64,000 bases of DNA, taken from positions 23,173,288 through 23,237,287 of the forward strand of contig NC_081390.1 of NCBI RefSeq assembly GCF_030684315.1. Reading direction: 5' to 3'. Numbering within the stretch: the first letter of the stretch is position 1; every line of letters starts with the position of its first letter. Below, piece by piece: positions 25,443-37,989 of this stretch. Under the pieces are notes generated by a model. That model saw only the letters and a program-made list of their open reading frames with translations. It did no database searches and was not told the DNA's origin. Source of the stretch: Stegostoma tigrinum (Eukaryota). The position numbers and the translations under genes are program-made.

Positions 25443-26730
25443 TTCTCAAATTAAGCCAAATGATAAACTTTGTTAGCTCCTAACTTTTCCTCAGTGTAAG
25501 ACATCACAGCACTCTTAAGAACTAGGAGCAAGGATTTTATAACAAACAGAGTGAGATATTTGAGAGTAGATCCAGATTAAGCACAATTACATACAATTAG
25601 TTCCAAATCACAAATATCAATTTCCCATATTTTCAATAGCTCTGTACTTGCTTTAAATCCAATGAAGCCTTTGAGCCCTGGGCGATATTCCTCTCTCCAG
25701 GTCACAAATGTGCAAACATCGCTTAAAACATCTCAACTTTGGCTCACAAAGAGCCTCATCTATAACTTTACTAAAAGTAATTGGGCTCTTGAATGTTGAT
25801 GATGCTGAGATCTACATTTTAAAATTAGAAAGGAATATTAAACCATGTCAAACACAATGTAACCAAACGTCTGCTGTCCGTATCCCCCCCACTTGCACAG
25901 GGTCGTGCAGACTAAACTGCGCTCTCCTGCACTCATTGAAATACAAGGCACTCGGTAAAGCACAGCCTTAATTTTAAACGAATTGTGCTTTTCCAGGCCT
26001 TGTCCCTCCCTATCTCTGAAACCTCCCAGACTCTGAAAGCCTCTGGGATCTCAGCCAAACCTGGACTCTTTACAATGCACTGTTTATGGCCGAGCCTTCA
26101 GCTGTCTAGGTTCTAAACCTCTGGAATGGCTTCCCTATATCTCTTGCTCCTCTTCACTGCTATCTCTCCCCCTGCTTTCAGATGTTCCTTGAAATGTGGC
26201 TGAGGTTACCATTAAAGAAGCTCCTTTACAACTTTCCACTTGCCTGACGTGAGGTGACCCTCAGGTTAAACCATCACCAATCATTTCTCTCTTTCTCTCA
26301 TTCATGAAAGCATGACCCTTTGGTCCAGTAGGACTATTACAGCTTTATCTGTTACAACATTTTTTCTATTTTTTTTGGGGGGGGGGGCACTTATTATCTC
26401 CATATATGATTCGGCATCAGGATATCATATTTCCATGACGCTCCCTGGGATATTCTGCTACGTTAAAAGGTGCTGTTCGGGTGGAAGTTGTTGTTGGTAT
26501 TGAAGAATTTCTTTAAGACCTCAGTATTAAACTCGGTGAGAATCAGACTTAGTGTCGCTGGGTCAGAATCCTAGAATTCCATTGTGCGTAAATCTTCAGC
26601 AGATGGACCTAAGAGATTCACCACCACCAGTTCATGACCACCTTTCTCAAGGGCAACTCGGGATGGGCAATAAATGCTGACCCAACCACTGACACCTTCA
26701 TCCCAAGAGTGAATAAAAAAGACTGCTGTG

Positions 26731-26966
26731 TGAAACGACTCCGCAAAGACCGGTATCCTGTCACCAAGTCACTGTTTATTTACACATGCATAGTACATGA
26801 CACTGACTTAGCTAGCTCAGAGCTGGCTCCCAGACTAAGCAGAACTGCCAACACTCCTGTTTATTCCTGACAGCCAGGGCTCCCTGATAGGACTGGGTTC
26901 ACAGCCCCAGTCAGGGAACTCGTGTTCGATGAGATGCACCTATCTGCTCTGGCGCCAATCACTACC
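26731..26966 (-). mobile_element. Short solo LTR, same family as 50282-50497
   Basis: Reverse complement shares GTAGTGATTG, TCAGGGAGCCCTGGCTG and GTAAATAAAC/G..TGAC with the 50.3 kb copy. Confidence 0.7.
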
Positions 26967-27546
26967 CTATACCCAACCAAGCCACTGGGAGACGTACTGC
27001 TACTTTATAATCTTGAAGAATATGAGAGGCCAGACAAACTTACTCTTTTTAAAGTATGACAGCAGAAACTTTCTTGCAGTGTAATTACCTCTGATGCGAG
27101 GCATATATATCCCACAAATAATTACAAGCAAATGGCACAGTAGCCTGTTGCCTGTGCCATCCTAGTCTTACCCTCTGACTGACAAACTAAGCCTCAGTTT
27201 GTCAGTACACCACACGAGCGACAGCCAATTGGCATTTAACTCTTCTGATAATCATCTCCATTTTGCAGATGCGGAAGCAGGGTACAGAATGCAGCACACA
27301 ATCTGTCACTACAGCTAAACAAATAGGTGTTTGCATCGGATTACACTGACCATATTCAGCCCGTTTAAACACCTGCTCCCAGAATCAATTCCCTTCATCC
27401 TTCATTGAAATGAGCAACGGATGGTTATGGCACAAAATGCCACTAAAAGCCCTTTGAAAAGACCCATCTTATAAATTATGCCAACATAATCTTTTGCCTC
27501 TGTAATTCCTTCAGTGAGTGTATTGCAATGAAAGAGGAGTACAGGA

Positions 27547-27961
27547 TCAGAGATAATGGGAACTGCAGATGATGGAGAATCTGAGATAACAAAGTGTGGA
27601 GCTGGATGAACTCAGCAGGTCAAGCAGCATCTTAGGAGCACAAAAGCTGATGGTTCGGGCCTGGACGCTTCATCAGAGAGGGGGATAGGGAGAGGGTTCT
27701 GAAATAAATAGGGAGAGAGGGGGAGGAGGATCGAAGGTGGATAGAGGAGAAGATAGGTGAAGAGGAGACAGACAAGTTGAAGACAAGAGAGTTGCAGTAG
27801 GAGAGAGATCCCCTGAGGTTTGTCCGGAGGGAGGAGGGTAACTTCTTCAGGTTAGGCATCCCTCGAAGAGGCTTTGCAGTGAGGTCTGAAACATCAGCCT
27901 GTGTGCTCCTAAGATGCTGCTTGGCCTGCTGTGTTCATCCAGCTCCACACTTTGTTATCTT
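27547..27961. mobile_element. Fold-back PLE family A element with decayed hammerhead (27646-27676, minus)
   Basis: Arms about 27584-27660 and 27886-27960. 11-bp TSD GGAGTACAGGA (27536-27546, 27962-27972). Confidence 0.88.
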
Positions 27962-28259
27962 GGAGTACAGGACCAGTAGATCTTCATTACAACTGATAGC
28001 TTCAAGGTTCAGCAGGACTCCCCCAGAGGAGAAACGCAATACAATCTCTGTCTGCTATGTTGTAACATCATAACGTGTGCTTTGAACCTATTCCCGGCTC
28101 GGCCATGGGTATTACCATTCCCCATACTTCCTCATCTCCACCAGGCAAGGTGGGATTTTCAGAAAACTACTGACAGACAATCCAAGGGTCATATTCTTCT
28201 GGGTGGCCACACAGAACAGGCAACACTGGATCAGCTGCCGTGGTTCCAATGAAACCAAA

Positions 28260-28602
28260 GATTAGATTACTTAGAGATAGATTAGATTAGATTAGATTCC
28301 CTACAGTGTGGAAACAGGCCCTTCGGCCCAACAAGGCCACACCGTCCCTTGAAGCATCCCACCCAGACCCATCCCCCTACAACCCACACACCCCTGAACA
28401 CTACGGGCAATTTAACATGGCCGATCCACCTAATCTGCACATCTTTGGACTGTGGGAGGAAACTGGAGCACCCGGAGGAAACCCACACAGACTCGGGGAG
28501 AATGTGCAAACTCCGCACAGACAGTTGCCCGAGGCTGGAATCGAACCCGGGTCTCTGGTGCTGTGAGGCTGCAGTGCTAAACACTGAGCCACCGTGCCGC
28601 CC
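28260..28602 (-). mobile_element. Young HE1-like SINE with (TCTAA)n tail
   Basis: Intact A/B boxes (GGTTCGATTCC), CpGs retained, GATTA repeats at 28260-28297. Confidence 0.92.
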
Positions 28603-28991
28603 CATATAAGATGTGGCATTGTGTGTTAAAAATGGCCTTTTTCATATTGACCAACAAGTCAGACTCCAACACTTACTGCACAGAAGGAGGCCATTTTCCC
28701 ACAAGGCTTAGACACAGAAGCAGGCCATTCAGCCCATTGAGTTAGCTCCAAATTTTAACGAGATCATGCCTGATCTGATAACCCTCAACTCCACTTTTCT
28801 TGCCTTTCCCCCATAACCCTTGATTCCCAATTAATTAAAAACCTCTGTAGCAATGTCCTGGCTGCTAAAACACAGACTGAGAACTTGGCCAAACAGCAAG
28901 GGATTCTGGGCCAAGTGAAACTCTAAAATCACAAAACCCACACACAGACATGTTGCAATTAAAGCAGCTAGGTGTGAACAACATTAGCATA

Positions 28992-29420
28992 CTTGCGAAG
29001 GGTCTTGCGAAGATCTGTAGCTCGGGTGGTGGATGAGGTTGTTGGCTCGCTCGCTGAGTTGGCTGGTTATAGCGAGTTTTGAGAAGATTTGTAGCTCAGG
29101 TTGAGGTTCTGGATGTGAGTTTGCTCGCTGAGCTGGAAGGTTAGTTTTCAGACGTTTCGTCACCGTTCTAGGTAACATCATCAGTGAGCCTCCGATGAAG
29201 CGACGTTGTTCTACTCTGCTTAATATTTATATGATTATCTGTTAAGTTGGTTTATGTCATTTCCAGTTCTGTTCTGCATGGGTTTGTACATGGGGTCTAA
29301 TTCAATATGTTTGTTAATTGCATTATGGGTTCAAATCCAGGCCTCTAGGATATAAGGCCTGGATTTCAACTCATAATCTGTACGATAACCTGCCAGCTCG
29401 GCGAGCAAGTCAACAGCTAA
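28992..29420 (-). mobile_element. Composite PLE family E insertion (older variant with a young pseudo-LTR end at about 29071-29212)
   Basis: 9-bp TSD ATTAGCATA (28983-28991, 29421-29429). Older part encodes LEAWI*THNAINKHIELDPMYKP, a PLE C-terminus. Confidence 0.8.
29151..29184 (-). ncRNA. Fully intact minimal type I hammerhead ribozyme motif
   Basis: uca-CUGAUGA-U-GUUACC-UAGAAC-GGUGAC-GAAA-CGUC-uga. All core bases, 6-bp stem II, ACGU palindrome, GUC cleavage triplet, UCA/UGA stem I. Confidence 0.85.
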
Positions 29421-30151
29421 ATTAGCATAATGCAAAAAACAACAGTTAGTCCACACAGACACTCCCAGCAATTTAGCTACTAAACAAAGGGCAGCCCAGA
29501 CAGAAAGGCACCGAGTCCTGCTACACAAAGAAACTTGACATTAGCATGCCATCTAAATGGCTGACTCTTGCTTCAAACTGTGAAGTGCATCTCCCTGATT
29601 AGGTAGAACTACAGAAAGTACCAGAAAACTGTCTAAAAGGTATAAAAACAGAGTTCACCTGCAGCCCGCTCTCTTGGAGCCAGTTTTGGAATCGTCTGAG
29701 GCCTTTTGGGCAGACCAACATGGCAACAGGCAGGGACCAGCTGACCACCCAGAAAGAGAAGGAGAGTGAGAGAAAGCAGACTCAGAGGCAGTGCCACAGA
29801 GAGCGCGACTGTGTAAATTTCCAAGACACTCGGGAAGTACTGTAACCATAAACAGCCAAATAGGATGAGGGACATTCTGTTCAGTATTAAAAATTATAGT
29901 AATTTTGTGCCTATTGAAGTGGCAAGGTCTTGCTTTGGTACTGGCTTGTGCTTGTATTATTTTGGCTGCTTTGGCATTGAGAGACACAAGGGCCAATTCA
30001 TTCATAACATTCTGGTTGGAGTTGTCTACAACTTGTTTAAAGAGGAACCAGACAACGCCTCACTATCTCAGCCTTATATATACATAATACCACAGCTTCA
30101 ACAGCTGTCAGCAGTAAAGAGTTACAGAGGCTCACAAGCCTCAGAGAAAAG

Positions 30152-30450
30152 AGTGGCATGGTGGCTCAGTGGTTAGCGCTACTACCCAGAGCACTGGGAA
30201 CCCGGGTTTGATTCCACCCCCGAGCGACTGTCTGTGTGGAGTTTGCACGTTCTCCCTGTGTCTGCGTGGGTTTCCTCCCACAGTCCACAGATGTGCAGTT
30301 TAGGTGGGTAGGTCATGTAAAATTGCCATGGTTTTCAGGCTAGGTGGATTAATCATGTGGAATGCAAAGTTATGGGGCAGGAGGTGGGATGCTCTTCAGA
30401 AGGTCAGTATGGGCTGAGTGGCCTGCTTCCACCCTGCAGGGAATTCTATG
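30152..30450 (+). mobile_element. HE1-like SINE inside a CR1 tail
   Basis: GGTGGCTCAGTGGTTAGC...GGGTTTGATTCC head, GGAATTCTATG end. Confidence 0.88.
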
Positions 30451-30904
30451 AGGAAAGGAAACCTTCCACATCTCTGCCTTAAGAGTGATGCCTTACTCTG
30501 AAATGATACCCTCTGGTCTTAATCTTTCCCACAAGGGGAAATGATCTTTCACCATCTACCCTGTCAATCTTACATGTATCAAAAAGTCACTTCTCATTCT
30601 CGTCAATACCAATGCGTATAGGCCCAATCTACTTAGCCTTTCCTCATAAGATGATCCCTCTACACCTAGGATCAAGCTAGTGAACTGTCTCTGAATTATG
30701 ACCAACGCCAATACAGGAGACTAAAACTGTTCAGTGTTCCACCTGTGGCCTGACGAGATCCTTGCATTTTTTCTTTAAGCAAGACCTCCCAATTTTTCTA
30801 GACTATTTCCGTTGAAATAAAGGTCAACATCTCAATTGCCTCACCTCTGTGCTGGTCAACAGACACTGATCCCACTTTCTGAAGAAGGGTCCTGACCTGA
30901 AACA

Positions 30905-31837
30905 GTGATAATGGGAACTGCAGATGCTGGAGAATCCAAGATAACAAAGTGTGAAGCTAGATGAACACAGCAGGCCAAGTAGCATCTCAGGAGCACAAAA
31001 CCTAACGTTTTGGGCATAGACCCTTCATCAGAGAAGGGGATGGGGAGAGGGTATTGGAATAAATAGGGAGAGAGGGGGAGGCAGACCGAAGATGGAGAGG
31101 AAACAAGATAGGTGGAAAGGAGAGTATAGGTGAGGAGGTAGGGGGGGGATAGGTCAGTCCAGGGAAGATGGACAGGTCAAGGAGGTGGGATGAGGTTAGT
31201 AGGTAGGAAATGGAGGTGCACCTTGAGGTGGGAGGAAGGGATGGGTGAGAGGAAGAACAGGTTAGGGAAGCAGAGACAGGCTGGGCTGGTTTTGTGATGC
31301 AGTGGGGGGAGGGGACGAACTGGGCTGGTTTTGGGATGCGCTGGGGGAAGGGGAGATCTTGAAGCTTGTGAAGTCCACATTGACACCATTGGGCTGCAGG
31401 GTTCCCAAGTGCAATATGAGTTGCTGTTCCTGCAACCTTCGGATGGCATCATTGTGGCACTGCAGGAGCCCCATGATGGACATGTCATCTAAAGAATGGG
31501 CAGGGGAGTTAAAATGGTTCGCGACTGGGAAGTGCAGTTGTTTATTGCGGACCGAGCGGAGGTGTTCTGCAAAGCGGTCCCCAAGCCTCCGCTGGGTTTC
31601 CCCAATGTAGAGGAAGCCACACCGTGTACAATGGATACAAGCGGAGACCGCTTGGTGGATGGGGAAACCAAGCGGAGGCTTGGGGACCGCTTTGCAGAAC
31701 ACCTTCACTCGGTTGGGAACAAACAACTGCACCTCCCAGTCGCAAATCATTTCCACTCCCCCTCCCATTCTTTAGATGACACGTCCATCATGGGCTTCCT
31801 GCAGTGCCACAATGATGCCACCCGAAGGTTGCAGGAA
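30905..31837 (-). mobile_element. PLE family A 3' region with GIY-YIG endonuclease domain and inverted 5' segment (31659-31837)
   Basis: ORF 31262..31768 CIHCTRCGFLYIGETQRRLGDRFAEHLRSV...PVANHFNS...EQQLILHLGTLQPNGVNVDF. Decayed hammerhead at 31001-31031. Confidence 0.93.
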
Positions 31838-32257
31838 AGCTAGCCACCAGGATACATGAACATCAACTAGCCACGAAACGACATGACCCACTATCACTAG
31901 TATCCTTACATACAAATAAGGAAGGACACCACTATGATTGGGACAACACATCCATCCTAGGACAAGCCAAACAGAGACACGCACGAGAATTCCTAGAAGC
32001 ATGGCATTCCAACCGGAACTCCATCAACAAACACATTGGCTCCAAATCAATCTACCATCCCCTGAGAAAAAGAACAGGAAATGACATCACCAACACAGGA
32101 AATGACATCACCAACCCAAGGAAACCTAACCAGATAAATAGAAAGCAGGACATAACACCAGCTCTTTGTCGGAGGCTCACTGATGTTGTTACCTAGAATG
32201 GTGACGAAACGTCTGAAAACTAACCTTCCAGCTCAGCGAGCAAACTCACATCCAGAA
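31836..32257 (+). mobile_element. PLE family E arm fused directly to the family A inverted segment
   Basis: Closely matches 23352-23768. Hammerhead at 32180-32213 has one core substitution (CUGAUGU). Confidence 0.92.
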
Positions 32258-33199
32258 TTACACCATGAATATTGTTCTCCGATAAATGATGAAGGAAGAT
32301 TTTGTTCTAGAGTCAGAACTTCATTAAAGACAGACAGAATGAAAGCACAGAAACTCAAACTGGAAAATCCAAGATAATATAAAATTTCTTTTTGGTGCTG
32401 CAGGATTCTACAAGTATGGAGGCAGTGAGTGATGTGGAGAAGTTGGTGGAGAGATGTAGCTGCATGTAGTCAGTACGATAGGAGCAAGAGATCATAGGGT
32501 TAAGGGTGAGATGTCCAAATTTACAGAAAAAAATTAAATCATTAGAACAAAAGAAGTGAAAATCCAGTAGAGGCTACAAGAAGTATTGTGGGAGGTCACA
32601 AAACATCAAGATCAATGACTGTAGCTGTGGTGTGCTAATGTTTTAGAATGAATATAAGAAGTTCTATCCCTTGGTCAGGAGGTATCTAAGACAAAAGGAC
32701 AAGCCAATAAAATTACAGACAGACCTTTGAGGTGCGAGCATTTTTCTTGCAAAAACGTGGTGGAAGTTTGGAACTTAAGTTTTAAATCTGAGATGGAATA
32801 GATTTTGAGTCAAAGGTTCGTGAGACGTTTGGGGCAAGGGCAGGTGCATAAAGGTCTAACTCCAATGATTCCGATCAGTCACACTGGGAATGAGAGAAAG
32901 AGGAGTGCAAAGGTGATGTGGATGCTCAAAGTGGGAGGTGGCGGTGGGGGGGGGTGGGAGAGTGTGGCAGAGAGGAAGAGGTTCAGGTGTGGTTGGGAAG
33001 AGGTGGCTTAGTGATAACCTAACACATTCCATAACTCCAGCCTAATGTTCTGGACATATGGGTTCGAATCCTGCGATGACACATGATGAAATTCAAATTC
33101 GAGATGTGGACTCACTGGATTATGAATGGTTTCATATCTCAATTTATACACAGCTGCAATACAATAATGATATAATACAGTATAACATACAACAGTCAC

Positions 33200-33382
33200 T
33201 GGATACAAAATATTGAATGGCCTGGACAGAGTGAATGTTGGGAAGATGTTTCCATTGGCAGTAAAGACTAGGAACCACGGGCACAGCCTTAGAGTAAAGG
33301 GAAGGGCCTTTAGAACAGAGAGGAGGAGAAACATCTTCAGCCAGAGAGTGGTGAATCTATGGAATTCACTGCCACAGAAGGC
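33200..33382 (+). mobile_element. CR1 LINE fragment
   Basis: ORF 33213..33434 GLDRVNVGKMFPL..TRNHGHSLRV...FSQRVVNLWNSLP. Confidence 0.88.
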
Positions 33383-33436
33383 CTCACATCTCTCAACACC
33401 TTTGCTGACCAAAAACCATCCATCTCAGATTTAAAA

Positions 33437-33638
33437 CTGTAGACAAACAGGAGACTGGAAGAACACACCAAGCCAGGCAGCATCTGGAGGAAAGGAGAAT
33501 TCAACATTTCAGGTATTACCCTTCTTCAGTCCAGTACTGGAAACAGTGATTGCTCCTTTCCTCCAGATGCTGTGTTCTTCCAGCCTCCTGTTTGTCTACC
33601 TTGGATTCCAGCATCTGGAGTTTGTTTCTTGTCTCTAA
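33437..33638. mobile_element. Fold-back PLE family C mini-element with hammerhead (33502-33529, minus)
   Basis: Arms GTAGACAAACAGGAG...GAAAGGAG and its complement. CUGAAGA-AGGG-UAAUA-CCU-GAAA-UGUU. TSD TCAGATTTAAAA/TCAGAGTTAAAA (33425-33436, 33639-33650). Confidence 0.78.
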
Positions 33639-35589
33639 TCAGAGTTAAAATGAATTGATCAATCATCAAGAGCTATTTACAGAAGACAATTCTAAACCTC
33701 CACGCTGTGTGAAAAAATGTTTCCTCACTTCATGCCTAAAATGACCAGCTCCAATTTTTAAGACAACGATCCTCATGTTAGACTCCAACCAGCAGAAACA
33801 GCTTCTCGTACTTACATCATTTTACTTGTTACCTTTTCGCAATTACTGACATGGAATTTTATCTCCCCTAATACTCCCTGTAATCTTCTGCTCTTTGAGA
33901 GTATTTTTTGCTGCACTATTTGAGTGTTTTTTTTTGTCAATTCTGCAATCATCCTCAGCTGAAGAATGGGTGAGGTGACTGAAGGAATGGGGCAATAAAA
34001 GTATTCAGGAACGTACAGGCTTAGGGCAACTGGTAGATAAACATCAACAACAAATCACAGGACCAAACCTGCCCCTGGTAATTTCTGGCAATTTGTCATT
34101 TCTGTGATAACTCCAGCCATAATGTGGAGGTGCCGGTGTTAGACTGAGGTCACATGACACCAGGTTACAGTCCAAGAGGTTTATCTGAAATCATAAGCTT
34201 TCAGAGCTCTGTTGGACTATACCATTGAGTCGTGTGGCTTCTGACTAATTCTAGACAAACACTGACTGCAAAAGATGGAAATTCTATCTCAGTAGTTTCA
34301 GTCAATGGCTCAAGTATTAAGTAATTGTCTGTTGGTAGTGTATTGTGGTCCTCTTCTTCTGTTGGCCTGCTGGTGATTAAAATCTGAAGAAAAACATTAT
34401 TGCTGTTAATGGCTGAGCAATTAGATTTTTGAGCATCTGTTTCGAGTAATTATACCTGCCAAATGTAGGCATCTTGTGTGCAATTTCTAATTTAAAACCA
34501 TCTGTTCATAAAATAATCACAACTGAAAATAATTCTATGTATCTCTCTTATCCACAAAAGAAAAACAAACAAAATTGTGTGGTTATGAGGACTTTGTGAG
34601 AGCTCTCATTAAGTGCAAAATTGACAGATCACTTTTGCAACAAACAAGTACACAGTAATGGATACCCGGGAGTGAGATTAGGTGATGCATGGGCTAACAA
34701 GCTTCAACTCAAGAATAAAACTGGAACAGTCTGGAACCATCATTTAAAGACAGATGAAAAATTACAGTTTAAAAATGAGCCTCTAGTATATTTTCTAAAT
34801 AACAATAAGTATTATTAACAATTGGAGTGTTTTGTTGCATTGTTAGAATTGAATAGGCCAACTGTTAGTGCACATAATATCAACAAAACGTGCTGTTATT
34901 AATAAACGGCCAAACAATTGGCTGCACTTGGGTGGGGGGGGGCACGAAATAAAGAAATGAAATAAAGCCTATGTTCACATTCTCTTAAAAGAGAAAGAGA
35001 TACACTGATATCACACTTTTTATGGCCTCAGAATGTCCCAAATAGACAATGAAGTGCATTTGAAGTGTAGTTACTGTTGGAATGTTACTAACATTGTAAC
35101 GGAATACAAATGTAAAAGCAGATTTGCCTGCAGTTTCTGGGCCACCGACCAAAAGCACATGAATGTCTTGGAGGCACTTTATAGAATCAAGGCCAAGAAT
35201 GTTCTACAAACAGAGATTCAGATGGACTACATTTGAATCAGTGACAACTTTGAAAGACAACATACTCCATAGATGACACGGAGCCCATAAAGTACATTTC
35301 CCACTGCATTAGACCCAGGTTTTGCAGTTTTTGCTACTTATAGAGTCATAGACTCAGGCAGCACAGAAACAGACCTTTCGGTCCAACCAGTGCATGCTGT
35401 ATGCCTTCACCCGCTGTGTTACCCAGAGGCAGTTGGGGTGACAGGTGATAGTGATGTGGCAGGTTGCTATCAGCTATTGCCTGAGGTAAATTCTAGCCAC
35501 TTATTCTGGAGTTTATAGCATTGGGCAGGATGCGCATATCCACTGCTATCATAGGAATACAGGGTTTGATTTATAAAAGCCAATGGAAT

Positions 35590-36000
35590 AGGCTGGACTT
35601 CTTTCACTGGAGAGTGGGAGGTTCAGGGATGATAATGTAGCGGTTTCTAAAATAATGGGAGGCATGGATTAGATGAATAGCAAAGGTCTTTTCCCGGGGG
35701 TGGGGGGAGTTCAAAATTAGAAGGCATACTTTTAAGGTGAGAGGAAAAAGATTAAAAAAAAATGAGGGGCAACTTTTTTACAGAGGTGGTTAGTGTGTGG
35801 AATGAACTGTCAAAGGAAGGGGTGGGTGCAGGTACAGTTACAACAGTTAAAATACAATTGCATAAGTACATAAATAGGAAAGATTTGGAGGGATACGCGC
35901 CAAACGTAGGCAAGTGGGACTAGTTTAATTTAAGAACATGGTCAGCCTGGACTAGTCAGACCGAAGGGTCTGTTTCTGCACTCTATGGCTCTATGACTCT
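35590..36000 (+). mobile_element. CR1/HER1 LINE 3' fragment
   Basis: Complementary to the 11685-12060 type copy; CTCTATGGCTCTATGACTCT tail. Confidence 0.85.
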
Positions 36001-37989
36001 CTGCTATTCTGAGGCTTCAGTCTTGTTGAAATTGGTCAGGTGAGGTGTAGGCTGCCTGACAGCCACCTGAACAGAACCTGGCAGATTTGGCGCAGGATAA
36101 TGGCACATTAGAGGACAGGTGGAGCAATGGCAACCCATTTGAGGCCTTTCCTTGAACACCAATGCTACTCCAGGGCCCACTGCAACAGTTCAAGGCTCAT
36201 TTTTAAAGGGCTTTGTCCTTGCCATCACTGGGGGAACTGGTCAAAGCCTCCACTGCACAGATTCTGACCAGTTCCAACTAGGAGGGTCGCCACCCTCACC
36301 AATCTGCTGCAATGAGCCCAAAGGTTTTACATCATTGGATCTGGAAAAGGACTTAGCATTTCAATTGTGCAGGTGTTGTGAACACCTTATGTTAGACCAT
36401 TTCAAAGTGTAATCTGTTGCAACAGTTCTGTAACAAGAGCAACAAAGGTATTTTTTGATTTCTCCGTACAACGGCGTAGAGTTGCCAGAAGTTGCTGTCC
36501 AAGTTACCCTTAATAACAGTGAGCATGGAGTGAGTCTCAGCATTATCCCTACCACCACCTGGGGTAATACATCCTCATTAACACAGCACACTGCAGACAA
36601 GCGACTGGCAGTAATACAACAATCACACTGAAATGGTTCACTTCTTCACATTCAAACTGTCGCCACCTAATGCAATAATTATCATTTTTGTTTTGTTTAT
36701 TTAGTGGGTATGGGTGTCACTAGACGGGCCAACCTTTATTGCCCATCCCTAGTTGCCCCTGAGAAGGTGGCGTGAACTGTCTTCTTGAACCACAGCAATC
36801 CATGTCCTGTGGGTTGACCACAATGCCATTAGGGAGGGAATTCCAGGATTTTGATCCAGCAACAGTGAAGGAACGGTGATATATTTCCAAGTCAGGATGA
36901 TGAATGGCTTGGAATGGAACTTGCAATCATTACTGGTTGGACAGATGGTTTACGATGCAGTGTGATGCTAACGGCGTGGGTTCAGCTCCCATACTGGCTG
37001 AGATTACCATGAAGGACTCACTCTCACCTGAGGTATGGTGATCCTCAGGTTAAACCACTACCAGTCCATCTCTCTTTCTAATGGCCCACTGTGATTGTGG
37101 CAACTTCACTTCTATTTGGGTAAAAAAAACTCAAGTAGCAGCAAATCACACCAGGATGGCTGATCAGTTTGTGTTCCTTTGTCTTGCAATACCAGGGTCA
37201 TCCTGTGGTTGCCTCAATATAGTGGCTTGGAATTTGTGATCCCCAACACATGCTCTGAAACAGGACACACACTGAGTTTCCCATTTGAGAAAATACTACC
37301 TCTGATACTGCTGCACCACTCTGTCCAATGACATGGCCCAGTCCTGGAGTGGACTTAATCTGACACCAAGTGCACCTTTGGGGCAGGTGGGGTATGAACC
37401 CAGACCTTCTGGCCCACTGGTTCAGACACTACCACTGTGCTGAACACAGACAACTTCTAAAATGGACACATGCATTTCAAAATATTTTGCATTTGTTATC
37501 AGAAAGCCATCTCTTCAACATGAGAAACCTCTGGAGATGGACTACAATTAGAACAATAATGTAACCTAAATTAGATTCAGTTATAAAATGACTAACCCTG
37601 CAAGACAAGGTACAATTATTGCAAATTGCTCTGAAAGGCCATCTGTAGCTCCAATCAGGACAAATTGTTGGAAGGCTTCCACATTGCACACATCAGATTC
37701 TTATGGAGTAATAGAAATACATTTCCCACCACTTCCATGTTGAAATATGTCATATTGATGAAGGTTCATAAAACATTGTTATCATTATCTGGAAACTGGA
37801 GTTCCGAAGTAGAACTCAATCACATCTCTTTTCAAGTTTGAGGTTAGAGTGTTAAGGGGAGGCTTAAAGTGTTTTTCTGAGTGAGCTTGATGATGCCAAT
37901 CCATGCCAGTTCACAGTCTGTTCTTTACCTCATTACCCGACTTTAAGATGCCTACCTCATGAATCACACAGCATAGGGAGCTGGAAGTG

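Larger units (their letters stand above)
28846..30057 (+). mobile_element. Solo LTR inserted in a CR1 tail and containing a nested PLE
   Basis: Starts TGTAG, ends CAACG (decayed CA). 4-bp TSD CCTC (28842-28845, 30058-30061). TATAAAA at 29641. The CR1 tail resumes after it. Confidence 0.7.

Noticed and set aside
28540-28602. tRNA-like sequence with A/B boxes (also at other SINE heads)
   Set aside because: SINE heads continuing into SINE body; not tRNA genes.
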